Part shown: positions 1 to 9,308 of the stretch, piece after piece
Layout of the letters: the number at the start of each line of letters is the position of its first letter
Numbering within the stretch: the stretch's first letter is position 1
Assembly (NCBI GenBank): GCA_031262465.1
Contig: JAISHQ010000091.1
Location: forward strand, 3,064 to 67,063
Direction of reading: 5' to 3'
From: Rikenellaceae bacterium
GTDB lineage: Bacteria > Bacteroidota > Bacteroidia > Bacteroidales > Rikenellaceae
DNA: 64,000 bases
Notes under the pieces: generated by a model
Database searches by the model: none
Seen by the model: only the letters and a program-made list of their open reading frames with translations
Told to the model about the DNA's origin: nothing
Made by a program: the position numbers and the translations under genes

Positions 1-717
1 GGCGAGAACCGGGGCTATGCTCATACTTACGGGCAACTTATTGCTGATCGTGCCGTACATCGACAGTGTGTTCTGAGCATTGGGGGTACCTTTCGGATCG
101 AGGTTGTCGGCGAGCATATCCACCACTTCGCTGTCGATGCTGAAAGCCTCGATGTCGTACTCTATACCATCCATTTCGATCGTGGTTAAAAAGCTGTGCC
201 CCAGCGACATGATTTCATCAGCGAGAAGCTCGCGCAGAGTCGCGTTGTTTTGATACTCGTTCTTAAACATCTCCACGAATGTCTGCTCGGTAACTCCGGG
301 CAACAGGGTCATGAACTTATTTATGTAATCGTCGGAAGCAAGCAGTGTGGCCACGCTGTGGAGTTTGGCCTCGTCGGTCATCATCTGCGACAACGTCGCA
401 TCGAGCAACGCTTCGACATAGGCGATATCGCTCTGCATCTTTTCGATATCCACATATCCCCCTTTTGCATCGCTATTGGGCAGATCGGCCGGGAGCCAGA
501 TATCGGCCTCCTCGAATATCGTCTGAATGGATTCATCTCCTTGGCTGATTTCATCCAAAGATACGTGAACCGTTACCATCGGAATTTTGAATTCCGATCC
601 ATCGCCGCCGATCGTGGTGTTGTCGGTGTCGATGCTCTCAAGATCATAGTCCTCATTCACACACGCGGCAAATACGACCAGCGTGGCGGAGAGGAACATA
701 AGGAGACTTTTTTTCAT
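1..717 (-). CDS. Lipoprotein of unknown function (C-terminus runs off the window edge)
   Basis: Absent from the ORF track because it has no stop in the window. The reverse complement of 717..1 reads ATG AAA AAA AGT... = MKKSLLMFLSATLVVFAACVNEDYDLESIDTDN... and stays open for all 239 codons to position 1. It has a signal peptide with a lipobox-like VFAAC. The + ORF 196..738 is its antisense shadow. Confidence 0.6.
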   Translation of the reverse strand, partial: MKKSLLMFLSATLVVFAACVNEDYDLESIDTDNTTIGGDGSEFKIPMVTVHVSLDEISQGDESIQTIFEEADIWLPADLPNSDAKGGYVDIEKMQSDIAYVEALLDATLSQMMTDEAKLHSVATLLASDDYINKFMTLLPGVTEQTFVEMFKNEYQNNATLRELLADEIMSLGHSFLTTIEMDGIEYDIEAFSIDSEVVDMLADNLDPKGTPNAQNTLSMYGTISNKLPVSMSIAPVLA

Positions 718-1025
718 AAGCAGGGGAAATTTAGATAGTTTAAGAGCTTTTTGGAATTTCCCATTCTCGCTCTTTTTTGCTCTTTTTGGTTTGTTTTTTA
801 CCTGCAACTCGTTACAATGCCACCACATTGCACCTTGTTTCAGGCCAAAAACAACCTCAAAAATAGCTAAAAAATAGCTTCGGTGGAAAAATCCAAACAA
901 ACTCTACAAAATTGTACAAAATAAACAAAAGATTTTTAGACCGCCAAGCATATTAGATGCGATTTGTGTTTTAAGACAGTTTTTTTGCATTAAAAAATTG
1001 TATAGTGCGATCTATTCGTAACGTT

Positions 1026-2033
1026 TTATCGGTACGGTGATATTTTCCTGCCGGTGAAGTACCGCCAGACGATACTGCCGGGGTAGATGCCCGAGGGGCG
1101 GGCGATGCGGGTTTGCTTAACGGCTATTCGTTTGATTTTGAGTACCTTTCGCTGGCGGAAAAAATCGCGATGGGCGTGCCAGACGGCCCGCAGGAGCTGG
1201 GGCTTGCCCTGCAACAGGAACATCAGGGCAGAGGCTCCGTCTAACAGCAAGCGCAGAGCGAGCACCGGATGCAATGACCTTTGGGAGAGGTTTTTATAGA
1301 GCATAAAGAGGTTGTTCCGGAAATTGAGGTAGGTTTTGCGGGGGTTGTCCGCTGAGAGCGTGCCCCCGCCGACGTGATAGACCACCGAGGCCGGTTCGAC
1401 CCAAACGGTGTGCCCGGCCAGTTTCCACCGCCAACAGAGGTCGATCTCCTCCTGATGGGCAAAAAACGAGGCGTCGAACCCGCCCTGCGCCCGGAAAAGC
1501 GAGGCTCGCACCAGCATACACGCCCCGCTGGCCCAAAACACCTCCTCGGCGCGGTCGTACTGCCCCCGGTCGTACTCCACGGCCTGAAGCACCCGCCCGC
1601 GACAAAAGGGATAGCCCAAAAAGTCGATAAATCCGCCCGCCGCCCCGGCGTATTCAAACCGCCCCGGCTCGGTGTAAGAGCAGATTTTTGGCATCACGGC
1701 GGCGGCGTTCGGCGTACTGTCCAAGCGTTGCTCCAGCGGGTCGATCCACCCCTCTGTCACCTCCACATCGGAATTGAGCAAGAGGTAATAGTCGGCTTTT
1801 ATCTCGCTCAGCGCGCGGTTATACCCCTCGGCAAAGCCGTAATTTTGCCCCAAAACCACCTGCCGAACCTCCGGGTGATTCTCTGCCAACCACGCCAACG
1901 AACCATCGGTCGAGCCGTTGTCGGCGACCACCACCTGCCGACCCTCGCCCGCCGAATAACGACACACGCCGGGGATGAATCTCTTCAGAAAATCCTCCCC
2001 GTTCCAATTGAGTATGACGACAGCGGTTTTCAT
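1026..2033 (-). CDS. Glycosyltransferase family 2
   Basis: ORF 1026..2072. VVILNWNGEDFLKRF...VVVADNGSTDGS is a GT2/GT-A N-terminal signature. I moved the start to MKTAVVILNWNG (ATG 2033..2031), which makes an ATGA overlap with the stop of the upstream gene. Confidence 0.85.
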   Translation of the reverse strand: MKTAVVILNWNGEDFLKRFIPGVCRYSAGEGRQVVVADNGSTDGSLAWLAENHPEVRQVVLGQNYGFAEGYNRALSEIKADYYLLLNSDVEVTEGWIDPLEQRLDSTPNAAAVMPKICSYTEPGRFEYAGAAGGFIDFLGYPFCRGRVLQAVEYDRGQYDRAEEVFWASGACMLVRASLFRAQGGFDASFFAHQEEIDLCWRWKLAGHTVWVEPASVVYHVGGGTLSADNPRKTYLNFRNNLFMLYKNLSQRSLHPVLALRLLLDGASALMFLLQGKPQLLRAVWHAHRDFFRQRKVLKIKRIAVKQTRIARPSGIYPGSIVWRYFTGRKISPYR

Positions 2034-2917
2034 CGCGGTTTGTGTTTCCAGCGTTTGTGCGACCAGAGCCACAGTTCGGGGTGTTGGTGGATGGCCTGTT
2101 CGAGGCGGGCGGCATAGCGGGCGGTGATCTCATATTCGGCGACGGGTTCCGTTCCGTCGTATAGCTCCTCAAAACGGGCGGTATAATAGCCTGGCTTGAT
2201 TTTTTCGACGTGGAGGAAGTAGACCGGCAGGCCGAATTTCAGTGCGAGTTTTTCGGTGCCCATAAAAAAGGCGGTGGGTTGGTTCAGGAAGTCGAACCAG
2301 TGGCGGATGGTGAACCACAGCGGGGTCTGATCGGCGATCAGTGCCAGCGCAATGGGCTGAAGGCCTTCGTTTTGGGTACGAATCATCTCCCGGGCGACGT
2401 GATCCATCGCCAGAGGAGTTGCCCCGAAACGGGAACGAACGTGTGCATAAAAACGGTCGAAAACCTCGCTGTGCAAGGGGCGATAGACGGCCCCCACGCG
2501 GTGGTCGGTAAACAGGGGGTAGTTGATCGTGTACTCCCACGAGCCGTAGTGCGCCATGGCGCAAATCCATGATTTTCCGACGGTTCGCTCTTGCTGTTCT
2601 TCGGCGTTGAGGTAACGGAAACGGCGGCGAATCTCTTTTTCCGAGATAGCGGTCAGCGCAAGGGTGTCGACAAAAAGTTCGGCTAATTGCTGGTAGAATT
2701 TTTGTTCGATCGCCAACCGCTGGGTATCAGTCTTTTCGGGGAACGATTTGCGCAGGTTTTCGCGTGTCACGGTGCGACGGTAACGACCGACGCGGTAGAG
2801 GAAAAAGTAGATCACGGGTGCTAATACCCTGTATAGGAAGCCATAAGGAAGCGCGCCGATAGCCTTACAAACGCCCAACAGCAGGTAATATCCGAGGCTG
2901 TTCAATCCCTTTTTCAT
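2030..2917 (-). CDS. Lipid A biosynthesis acyltransferase family protein (LpxL/HtrB-like)
   Basis: 295 aa with an N-terminal hydrophobic helix. The H-x4-E type motif AHYGSWEY and the overall length fit the lauroyl/myristoyl acyltransferase family. Confidence 0.8.
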   Translation of the reverse strand: MKKGLNSLGYYLLLGVCKAIGALPYGFLYRVLAPVIYFFLYRVGRYRRTVTRENLRKSFPEKTDTQRLAIEQKFYQQLAELFVDTLALTAISEKEIRRRFRYLNAEEQQERTVGKSWICAMAHYGSWEYTINYPLFTDHRVGAVYRPLHSEVFDRFYAHVRSRFGATPLAMDHVAREMIRTQNEGLQPIALALIADQTPLWFTIRHWFDFLNQPTAFFMGTEKLALKFGLPVYFLHVEKIKPGYYTARFEELYDGTEPVAEYEITARYAARLEQAIHQHPELWLWSHKRWKHKPR

Positions 2918-2935
2918 CCTCTATTTCTTTTTGTC

Positions 2936-3730
2936 CTATCGAACCACCCGGTTCATGTAATCGGCATAGACCCACGGGTTTGAGGCGATGATCTGCCGCC
3001 CGAAGAGGTAGTCGTCGCCGCTCGAAAAGTCGGTCACCCGCGCTCCGGCACGCTCGGCAATGAGTGCTCCGGCGGCCACGTCCCACGGCGAGAGGTTTTT
3101 CTGGATAAATCCGTCGACCCGCCCGCAGGCCACGTAGCAGAGGTCGATGGCCGCCGATCCGATCCGGCGGATGCCGCTGGTCTCTTGCAGGAGGATGCCC
3201 ATCGAGTAGAGCAGGTCGGTGATGGTGTCTTTCGACGAGTGGGATAGCCCCACGGCTGTGAGCGTGTGATCGAAGTCGGAGATGGTCGAAACGCGGATCA
3301 CCCGGCCGTTCCGATAGGCTTTCGACCCCTTCCAAGCGTAGAAACACTCGCCGCTGAAGGCCTCACAGACCACGCCGACCACCACCCGATCGCCCTCGGC
3401 CAGCGCGATGCTCACGCAATAGGGCGGCAGGCCGTGGATGAAATTGGTCGTGCCGTCGAGCGGGTCGATGATCCAGCGCAGACGCTCCCCGCTGGCCTGA
3501 GCGGTCGTCCCCTCTTCGGTGATGAATCCCGCCTCGGGGAGGATTTGTTTGAGCCGGGCGACGATCATTTTTTCCGCCTCCTTGTCGACATACGAGACCA
3601 GATCGTGGCGGCCTTTCTCTTCGACCCGATCGTAAGTAAATGTTTTGCGCTGTTCGGCAATGAATTGGGCCGCCTGCCGAGCGACAGCGCGCACCTGCCG
3701 ACAAATTTCCCGATAATCTATGCTTTCCAT
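2936..3730 (-). CDS. Inositol monophosphatase family protein (SuhB-like)
   Basis: 264 aa. Carries the IMPase motifs DLVSYVDKEAE and WIIDPLDGTTNFIHG. Confidence 0.85.
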   Translation of the reverse strand: MESIDYREICRQVRAVARQAAQFIAEQRKTFTYDRVEEKGRHDLVSYVDKEAEKMIVARLKQILPEAGFITEEGTTAQASGERLRWIIDPLDGTTNFIHGLPPYCVSIALAEGDRVVVGVVCEAFSGECFYAWKGSKAYRNGRVIRVSTISDFDHTLTAVGLSHSSKDTITDLLYSMGILLQETSGIRRIGSAAIDLCYVACGRVDGFIQKNLSPWDVAAGALIAERAGARVTDFSSGDDYLFGRQIIASNPWVYADYMNRVVR

Positions 3731-3814
3731 GCTTGGATAGTTTTCTTCAAACTGTTTGGCAAAGATAACAAAAGATATGGGTGGTCGATACCCGAACTAT
3801 GGATAAGTGACCCC

Positions 3815-4043
3815 ATCACGTCCAACGCATTTAAATTTGGGTCAATATAAAAGTAGGTGAAACGCTCTGTGAAAATAGAAATTCAGGCTAAAAGCCTGTA
3901 AAAACCTACCACCCCGCCCTTGCAGGGCACCCCTCCTTCGGAGAAGGAGGGGACTTTCTCCGTCGAAGTTTATGAAGGAAAGTATCTCCTCCTTCCCCGA
4001 AGGAGGAGTACCCGAGCCTTTGGGCGAGGGGGAGGTGGTAGGT
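3815..4043 (+). repeat. Copy A of a structured MITE-like intergenic repeat (degenerate; right terminal repeat not recognisable)
   Basis: 3904..4043 (ACCTACCACCCCGCCC...GGGCGAGGGGGAGGTGGTAGGT) closely matches the reverse complement of 61198..61332. The upstream arm 3815..3903 (ATCACGTCCAACGCATTTAAAT...AAAAGCCTGTAAAA) matches the reverse complement of 61333..61402. The core contains two 9-bp hairpins, CCCCTCCTT/AAGGAGGGG and CTCCTCCTT/AAGGAGGAG, enclosed by a terminal stem. Confidence 0.65.
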
Positions 4044-4147
4044 TATTATTGCGCCATTATAGGGCATTTCTCTCTGAAAACCTGAATCGCATTCGATTTT
4101 CCCTAAAAATAGTTACCTTTGGGAAAATCTTTAAAGAACTTTGGATT

Positions 4148-4432
4148 ATGGCAAGCAGAAGATACCTGAAAAAGGAGATTGATTACCTGGTAAGCGAGGT
4201 GGTCGGCGACGCGCAATTGTGCCTCTATTTTAGCCCCGAGGGCAAACGCGAGGAGATCATCGGCGTGATGGAAGAGGCGGTCGAAATGCGCAACGACCTG
4301 TTTGCGCGCATCAAGCCTGCCGAAAAAAATAACCGGACGCTGGTGCGCAAACATTACGCCGCCCTGCGCAACGACCTGATGTTGCGCATCGACGCGATGT
4401 TTGAAAAATTGAGCGGTATCTGTAAGGGGTAA
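4148..4432 (+). CDS. Small hypothetical protein (94 aa)
   Basis: Internal Met of ORF 3920..4432 (MASRRYLKKEIDYLVSE...). The upstream part of that ORF only translates the repeat element, so I trimmed it. No recognisable motif. Confidence 0.5.
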   Translation: MASRRYLKKEIDYLVSEVVGDAQLCLYFSPEGKREEIIGVMEEAVEMRNDLFARIKPAEKNNRTLVRKHYAALRNDLMLRIDAMFEKLSGICKG

Positions 4433-4456
4433 TCTAACGCCCTCCCACTTTTTAGC

Positions 4457-4507
4457 AAGGTCTTTTCTATGGAGATTTTCAATGAAAATCTCCATAGAAA
4501 AGACCTT
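4457..4507 (+). terminator. Perfect 24-bp inverted repeat (hairpin) downstream of the small ORF
   Basis: AAGGTCTTTTCTATGGAGATTTTC-AAT-GAAAATCTCCATAGAAAAGACCTT, read directly. It begins 25 nt after the stop at 4432. The trailing T-run is weak (GTTGTTTGGG). Confidence 0.5.
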
Positions 4508-4618
4508 GTTGTTTGGGTACTGCTCTCTATTTTATCCCCCGGCGGAGGGGGATTCGGATTATTTTGTGTAAATTTGTTTTTTGTCTATTGCTTTGAAACC
4601 GATTAAAACCGAAAAACC

Positions 4619-5074
4619 ATGTTGAAACGTTATCCGATCCGTGTCTTGAAATATTTTCTTTTTTTGGTCGCCCTGTTTATTGTGCTGTTCGGGCTGATGG
4701 TGTTGTTTCACTGGAGTTCGTGGAACACCTTCCTGAGCGTTTGGCAGACCGATCGCCTGTGGGTGTTGCTCTTTGTTTTTGTCGGCATTCCGTTGCTCTA
4801 CCCGCTGTTTAGCTATACGGCACGCGATGTGCGGGGCAATCTGGGTGACCGCCGGGAGATTGTCGAGCGGGTACTGACCATGTCGGGCTATACGCTGACC
4901 GAGGCCACGCCCGAAAAGATTATCGCCCACGCCAAGGGGATCAAAAAAGTGGCTCTATTGTTTGAGGATCGGATCGAAATCACGCCCGAGGGCAACCATT
5001 TCATCCGCATCGAGGGGACAAAAAAGGAGGTGCTAAAGATCGAGTCGCGCCTGCGGGCACTTGGAGGGTTGTAA
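4619..5074 (+). CDS. Hypothetical membrane protein (151 aa)
   Basis: Has two N-terminal hydrophobic helices (YFLFLVALFIVLFGLMVLF, LWVLLFVFVGIPLLYPLF) and a soluble C-terminal half. Coding-like composition. Confidence 0.6.
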   Translation: MLKRYPIRVLKYFLFLVALFIVLFGLMVLFHWSSWNTFLSVWQTDRLWVLLFVFVGIPLLYPLFSYTARDVRGNLGDRREIVERVLTMSGYTLTEATPEKIIAHAKGIKKVALLFEDRIEITPEGNHFIRIEGTKKEVLKIESRLRALGGL

Positions 5075-5093
5075 AAACCTGTTTTGAATTTGT

Positions 5094-6764
5094 ATGAGAA
5101 ATTTTTGGAAGAAAAAATATGGCCTCTGGGCCGCCGCCGCGATTTTGGCCTGCGGCCTCTTGGTTTCGGCCGGGAAGTCGGATTTCGACGTGGCCAAAAA
5201 CATGGAGGTGCTCTTCAACCTGATTCGCGAGGTAAGCCTGAACTATGTCGACGAGACCGACCCGGACGAGCTGATGAAAAAGGGGGCGAACGGGATGCTT
5301 GCAGAGCTTGACCCCTACACCACGTTCCTCTCGGAAAAGGAGATGGAGGGTTTTGAGGTGATGACCACCGGCAAGTACGGCGGAATTGGCGCGCTCATCC
5401 GCAAAAAAGGGGAGTGGGTCGAGATTGCCCAGCCTTACCGGGGGTTTGCCGCCGACAAGGCGGGGCTGAAAATCGGGGATAAAATTCGACGGGTCGACGA
5501 CTTCGATGCCCGCAATGCCTCGACCGAGGAGGTGAGCAACCGCATGAAGGGCGATCCAGGGACGACGTTCACGATGGAAGTGGAACGATTTGCCGACGGC
5601 TCGATTGAGGAGCTGACCATCCAGCGCGAGCGGATCGTCCTTTCGGGCATCACCTATGCCGGGATGCTGAACGACAGCGTGGGCTATGTCTCCCATGCCG
5701 ATTTTACCGAGGGTTGCAGCGACGACCTGCGCGATGCGATCATGGAGCTGAAAAAGCAGGGAATGAAGGCCTTAGTCTACGACCTGCGCGACAACGGGGG
5801 CGGCATCCTGCAAGAGGCGGTCAAAATCGTAGGAATGTTCGTGCCGCGCGCGAGCAGTGTGGTCGAAACCCGAGGGCGCGGCGAGCAGGGAGTGGTTTAC
5901 AAAACACCCTCCGCGCCGATCGACCCCGAGATGCCGCTGGTCGTGTTGGTCGACCGCAATTCGGCCTCGGCCTCGGAAATCGTGGCCGGAGCCTTGCAGG
6001 ATTACGATCGGGCGGTGATCGTCGGCCAGCGCAGTTTCGGTAAAGGGCTGGTTCAGAGCACCCGCCCCGTGGGTTACAACAACTATGTGAAAATGACCAC
6101 CGCCAAATATTACATCCCCAGCGGGCGTTGCATTCAGGCCATCGACTATTCGCACCGCGATGCCGAGGGGCGGGTGACCCATGTGCCCGATTCGCTGATT
6201 GGCGAGTTCCGAACCGCCGGAGGTCGCCGGGTGTATGACGGCGGGGGCATCATGCCCGATGTGGTCACGCCCGAGGACAAGTACGACATTTTTACTGCCG
6301 CCCTCTACGGGTACAACTATTTGGAGGACTATGCGATGGAGTACATCCGCCGAACCGGCTTTCAGCCCGTCGACGCGGATCATTTCCGGCTGAGCGACGG
6401 CGACTATGCCGATTTCATCGCCTTTATGGCCGACAAGCCGGTCGACTATGAATCGCAGACCAAAGCGGCTTTGGAGGTGCTGAAAAAAACGGCCGAGCAG
6501 GAACATTTTGCCGACCGGATCGTCCCCGAATTGGAGGTGCTCACCGAAAAAATCGCCAAAAACAAAACCGAAGAGTTGGAGCGGCTGAAACCGGAGATTT
6601 CGCGGCTGATCGAGAGCAACATCGTGCTCTATTACGACTATGCCCAAGGGGTGGTGCGCCATCGCCTTTCGGACGACACGACGCTCGATGCCGCCCTGAG
6701 CCTGTTGGCCGACCCGGCGGAGGTTCATCGGATTCTTTCGTCGCAGGATACGCAGAAAAATTAA
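5094..6764 (+). CDS. S41 family carboxyl-terminal processing peptidase (with PDZ domain)
   Basis: 556 aa with a signal peptide. PDZ-like GGIGALIRKKGEWVEIAQPYRGFAADKAGLKIGDKI. S41 catalytic region DLRDNGGGIL ... NSASASEIVAGALQDYDRAVIVGQRSFGKGLVQ. Confidence 0.9.
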   Translation: MRNFWKKKYGLWAAAAILACGLLVSAGKSDFDVAKNMEVLFNLIREVSLNYVDETDPDELMKKGANGMLAELDPYTTFLSEKEMEGFEVMTTGKYGGIGALIRKKGEWVEIAQPYRGFAADKAGLKIGDKIRRVDDFDARNASTEEVSNRMKGDPGTTFTMEVERFADGSIEELTIQRERIVLSGITYAGMLNDSVGYVSHADFTEGCSDDLRDAIMELKKQGMKALVYDLRDNGGGILQEAVKIVGMFVPRASSVVETRGRGEQGVVYKTPSAPIDPEMPLVVLVDRNSASASEIVAGALQDYDRAVIVGQRSFGKGLVQSTRPVGYNNYVKMTTAKYYIPSGRCIQAIDYSHRDAEGRVTHVPDSLIGEFRTAGGRRVYDGGGIMPDVVTPEDKYDIFTAALYGYNYLEDYAMEYIRRTGFQPVDADHFRLSDGDYADFIAFMADKPVDYESQTKAALEVLKKTAEQEHFADRIVPELEVLTEKIAKNKTEELERLKPEISRLIESNIVLYYDYAQGVVRHRLSDDTTLDAALSLLADPAEVHRILSSQDTQKN

Positions 6765-6767
6765 ACC

Positions 6768-7976
6768 ATGAAACGCCTAAAGTTCAGCTATAAAGGCAAA
6801 TGGATTTTTATCGCTGTCGGCCTGCTGATCGGGATCGTCTCGCTCTTCTTTACCTCCCAGCTGGCGCACCGGTTGCGATTGACCGAGCAGAATCAGGTCG
6901 AAATTTGGTCGTTTGCCATGCAGAACATCGGCGCGTTCGACACCAACGAGCCGCTGTACCGCTACATCACCAACTCGAACAACACGATCCCTTTCATTTC
7001 GGTCGATGAAAACTTGCGGCTGCACAGCGCGAACCGCATCCCCCGATCCATCCTCGAAAACCCGAAGGCCTTGCGCCGAAAGTTGGAGCAATTGGCCCAG
7101 GTCAACCCTCCCCTGACCGTCCGCACGGCGACCCATACGTTTTACATCTTCTACGGACAATCCAACATCCTCAAGTCGCTCTATTACTTCCCGATCATCC
7201 AAATCGGCATCATCGCGGTCTTTATCATCTTCGCTTTCATCGCCTTCAGTTCGACCAAGCAGGACGAGACCAACCGGATATGGATCGGCATGGCCAAAGA
7301 GACTGCTCATCAATTGGGTACGCCGACCTCGTCGCTGTTGGGGTGGATCGAATACCTGCGCTCGCAACCCGTCGATCCGCTGGCGGTCGAGGAGATGGAC
7401 AAAGACCTGATGCGGTTGTTGAAGGTGGTCGACCGCTTCTCCAAAATCGGGGCCGAGACCTCTTTTGCCTCGCGCGACATCGGGCAGGTGGTTCAGGGAA
7501 CAGTCACCTATTTCCGCACCCGCGTCCCCCGGAATGTCGAATTGCTTTATCGTCAGCCCGAGGCTCCCGAATATGCCCTGATTAACGACGCGCTCTTTGA
7601 ATGGGTGATCGAAAACCTGCTCAAAAACGCCTTAGATGCCCTGCAAGGGCGGGGGACGATCACCGTCTCGGTCTACGAAGAGGAAAAATGGCTCAATATC
7701 GACGTGACCGACACCGGAAAGGGGATGACCAAAGCCAATTTCAAACGGGTTTTTGAGCCGGGCTTCACCACCAAAACCCGGGGCTGGGGCTTAGGACTAT
7801 CGCTGAGCGCGCGGATCATCGAACGATACCACAAAGGGAAGATTTACGTCGTCGATTCGGAGTTGGGTCGCGGCACCACCATGCGCGTCTCCCTGCTCCG
7901 GGGTGGCGCACAGCAACAGCGCGCCCGGTCGCGATTCCGGCGACTTTTTAATTGGAAATCCGAAAAAACAGCATGA
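6768..7976 (+). CDS. Sensor histidine kinase
   Basis: 402 aa with two TM segments flanking a periplasmic region. H-box AHQLGTPTSSLLGWIEYL, N-box ENLLKNALDA, G-boxes DTGKGM and GWGLGLSL. Confidence 0.85.
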   Translation: MKRLKFSYKGKWIFIAVGLLIGIVSLFFTSQLAHRLRLTEQNQVEIWSFAMQNIGAFDTNEPLYRYITNSNNTIPFISVDENLRLHSANRIPRSILENPKALRRKLEQLAQVNPPLTVRTATHTFYIFYGQSNILKSLYYFPIIQIGIIAVFIIFAFIAFSSTKQDETNRIWIGMAKETAHQLGTPTSSLLGWIEYLRSQPVDPLAVEEMDKDLMRLLKVVDRFSKIGAETSFASRDIGQVVQGTVTYFRTRVPRNVELLYRQPEAPEYALINDALFEWVIENLLKNALDALQGRGTITVSVYEEEKWLNIDVTDTGKGMTKANFKRVFEPGFTTKTRGWGLGLSLSARIIERYHKGKIYVVDSELGRGTTMRVSLLRGGAQQQRARSRFRRLFNWKSEKTA

Positions 7977-9163
7977 AACCGTTACGACAGCTTTTTTTGC
8001 AACACGTGGGGCAGACCTCGGCCAATCCGTTGGGCATCGAGATCGAGCGGGCCGAGGGCATCTACCTCTACGCCCCCGACGGCAAGCGATACACCGACCT
8101 GATTTCGGGCGTTTCGGTCAGCAACGTCGGCCACGGCAACCCGCAGGTGGTCGAGGCCGTCTGTCGGCAGGCGCAAAGCTATATGCACCTGATGGTCTAC
8201 GGCGAACTAATCGAGACTCCGCAAGTGCTTTACGCCCAGCGCATCGCCACGCACCTGCCGCCCTCGTTGCAATCGGTCTATTTTGTCAACTCCGGCAGTG
8301 AGGCGGTCGAAGGGGCACTCAAGCTGGCCAAGCGGGTCACCGGGCGCACCCAGCTGATCGGCTTTCAGAACGCCTACCACGGCAGTTCGCACGGCGCGCT
8401 GAGCGTCATGGGCGGGGAGTTTTTCCGCGCCGCGTTCCGGCCCCTGTTGCCCGACGTAGATCACCTGCGTTTCAACAACTTAGACGACCTCTCCCGCATC
8501 ACCCGCCGGACAGCCGGGGTGATCGTCGAGCCGATGCAGGGCGAGGCGGGTATCGTCACCGCCGATCCGGCTTTCCTCTCCGCCCTGCGGGCGCGGTGTA
8601 CGGAGGTCGGGGCGATCCTGATTTTCGACGAGATACAGAGCGGTTTTGGCCGCACGGGCGACTGGTTTGCCTTTCAGCGGTTGGGCGTCGTGCCCGATGT
8701 GCTGGTCTTGGCCAAATCGTTGGGCGGAGGGATGCCGTTGGGGGCCTTTATTGCCTCTAACGAGCTGATGAACAAGCTACAAACCGATCCGCCGTTGGGG
8801 CATATCACCACCTTCGGCGGTCATCCGGTCTGCTGTGCCGCCGGGCTGGCGGCCCTCGAATTTCTCGAAACCTCGGGGCTGATCCCGCAGGTCGAGGCCA
8901 AAGGAGCACTGTTCGAGAGCCTGCTCCAGGATCACCCACAAATCGCCGAAATTCGCCGCCTCGGGCTGATGTTGGGGGTCGAGATCGGCCCACCCGAGCG
9001 GGTACAACGGCTCATGGCCGATTTTGTTGCCAACGGCCTGTTGCCCGACACATTCCTGTGGCGCGAAACCGCCTTCCGCATCGCCCCGCCACTGATTATC
9101 ACCGACGAGCAAATCCGCCAAACCGCCCAAACCATCCGCCAATGCCTCGACCGGCTGGAGTAA
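7973..9163 (+). CDS. Class-III (acetylornithine/GABA-type) pyridoxal-phosphate aminotransferase
   Basis: ORF 7952..9163. I chose the start at MKPLRQLF (ATG 7973), which forms an ATGA overlap with the kinase stop. Motifs: VNSGSEAVEGALKLAK, IFDEIQSGFGRTG, LAKSLGGGMPLGAF. Confidence 0.85.
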   Translation: MKPLRQLFLQHVGQTSANPLGIEIERAEGIYLYAPDGKRYTDLISGVSVSNVGHGNPQVVEAVCRQAQSYMHLMVYGELIETPQVLYAQRIATHLPPSLQSVYFVNSGSEAVEGALKLAKRVTGRTQLIGFQNAYHGSSHGALSVMGGEFFRAAFRPLLPDVDHLRFNNLDDLSRITRRTAGVIVEPMQGEAGIVTADPAFLSALRARCTEVGAILIFDEIQSGFGRTGDWFAFQRLGVVPDVLVLAKSLGGGMPLGAFIASNELMNKLQTDPPLGHITTFGGHPVCCAAGLAALEFLETSGLIPQVEAKGALFESLLQDHPQIAEIRRLGLMLGVEIGPPERVQRLMADFVANGLLPDTFLWRETAFRIAPPLIITDEQIRQTAQTIRQCLDRLE

Positions 9164-9210
9164 AATCCGATAGACTCTTTTCAAACTCGTTGTTCCACTA
9201 ATCTCATAGC

Positions 9211-9249
9211 AAAAGCCCCCGACAAACTACAAGTTTGTCGGGGGCTTTT
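9211..9249. terminator. Bidirectional intrinsic terminator between convergent genes
   Basis: AAAAGCCCCCGACAAAC-TACAA-GTTTGTCGGGGGCTTTT. The 17-bp perfect stem has A/T runs on both sides and lies between the + gene ending at 9163 and the - gene ending at 9309. Confidence 0.7.
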
Positions 9250-9308
9250 GGCTGTATCCCATCCGTCCGGTGTTTTATACCGAATTTCGGAGGTTAGAGT
9301 ATGGATTG

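Noticed and set aside
718-1025. A 308-bp AT-rich intergenic region, checked for small RNA or tRNA genes. Contains one TAnnTTTG-type box at 858..865 on the minus strand.
   Set aside because: No cloverleaf or conserved ncRNA motif is recognisable. The -7-like box has no suitably spaced -33 element, so it is not reported.
3920-4147. The upstream part of ORF 3920..4432 (MQGTPPSEKEGTF...GGGGRLLL).
   Set aside because: It is only a translation of the palindromic repeat element (GGAGG/CCTCC hairpins). The same artefact appears for copy B as ORF 61145..61417.
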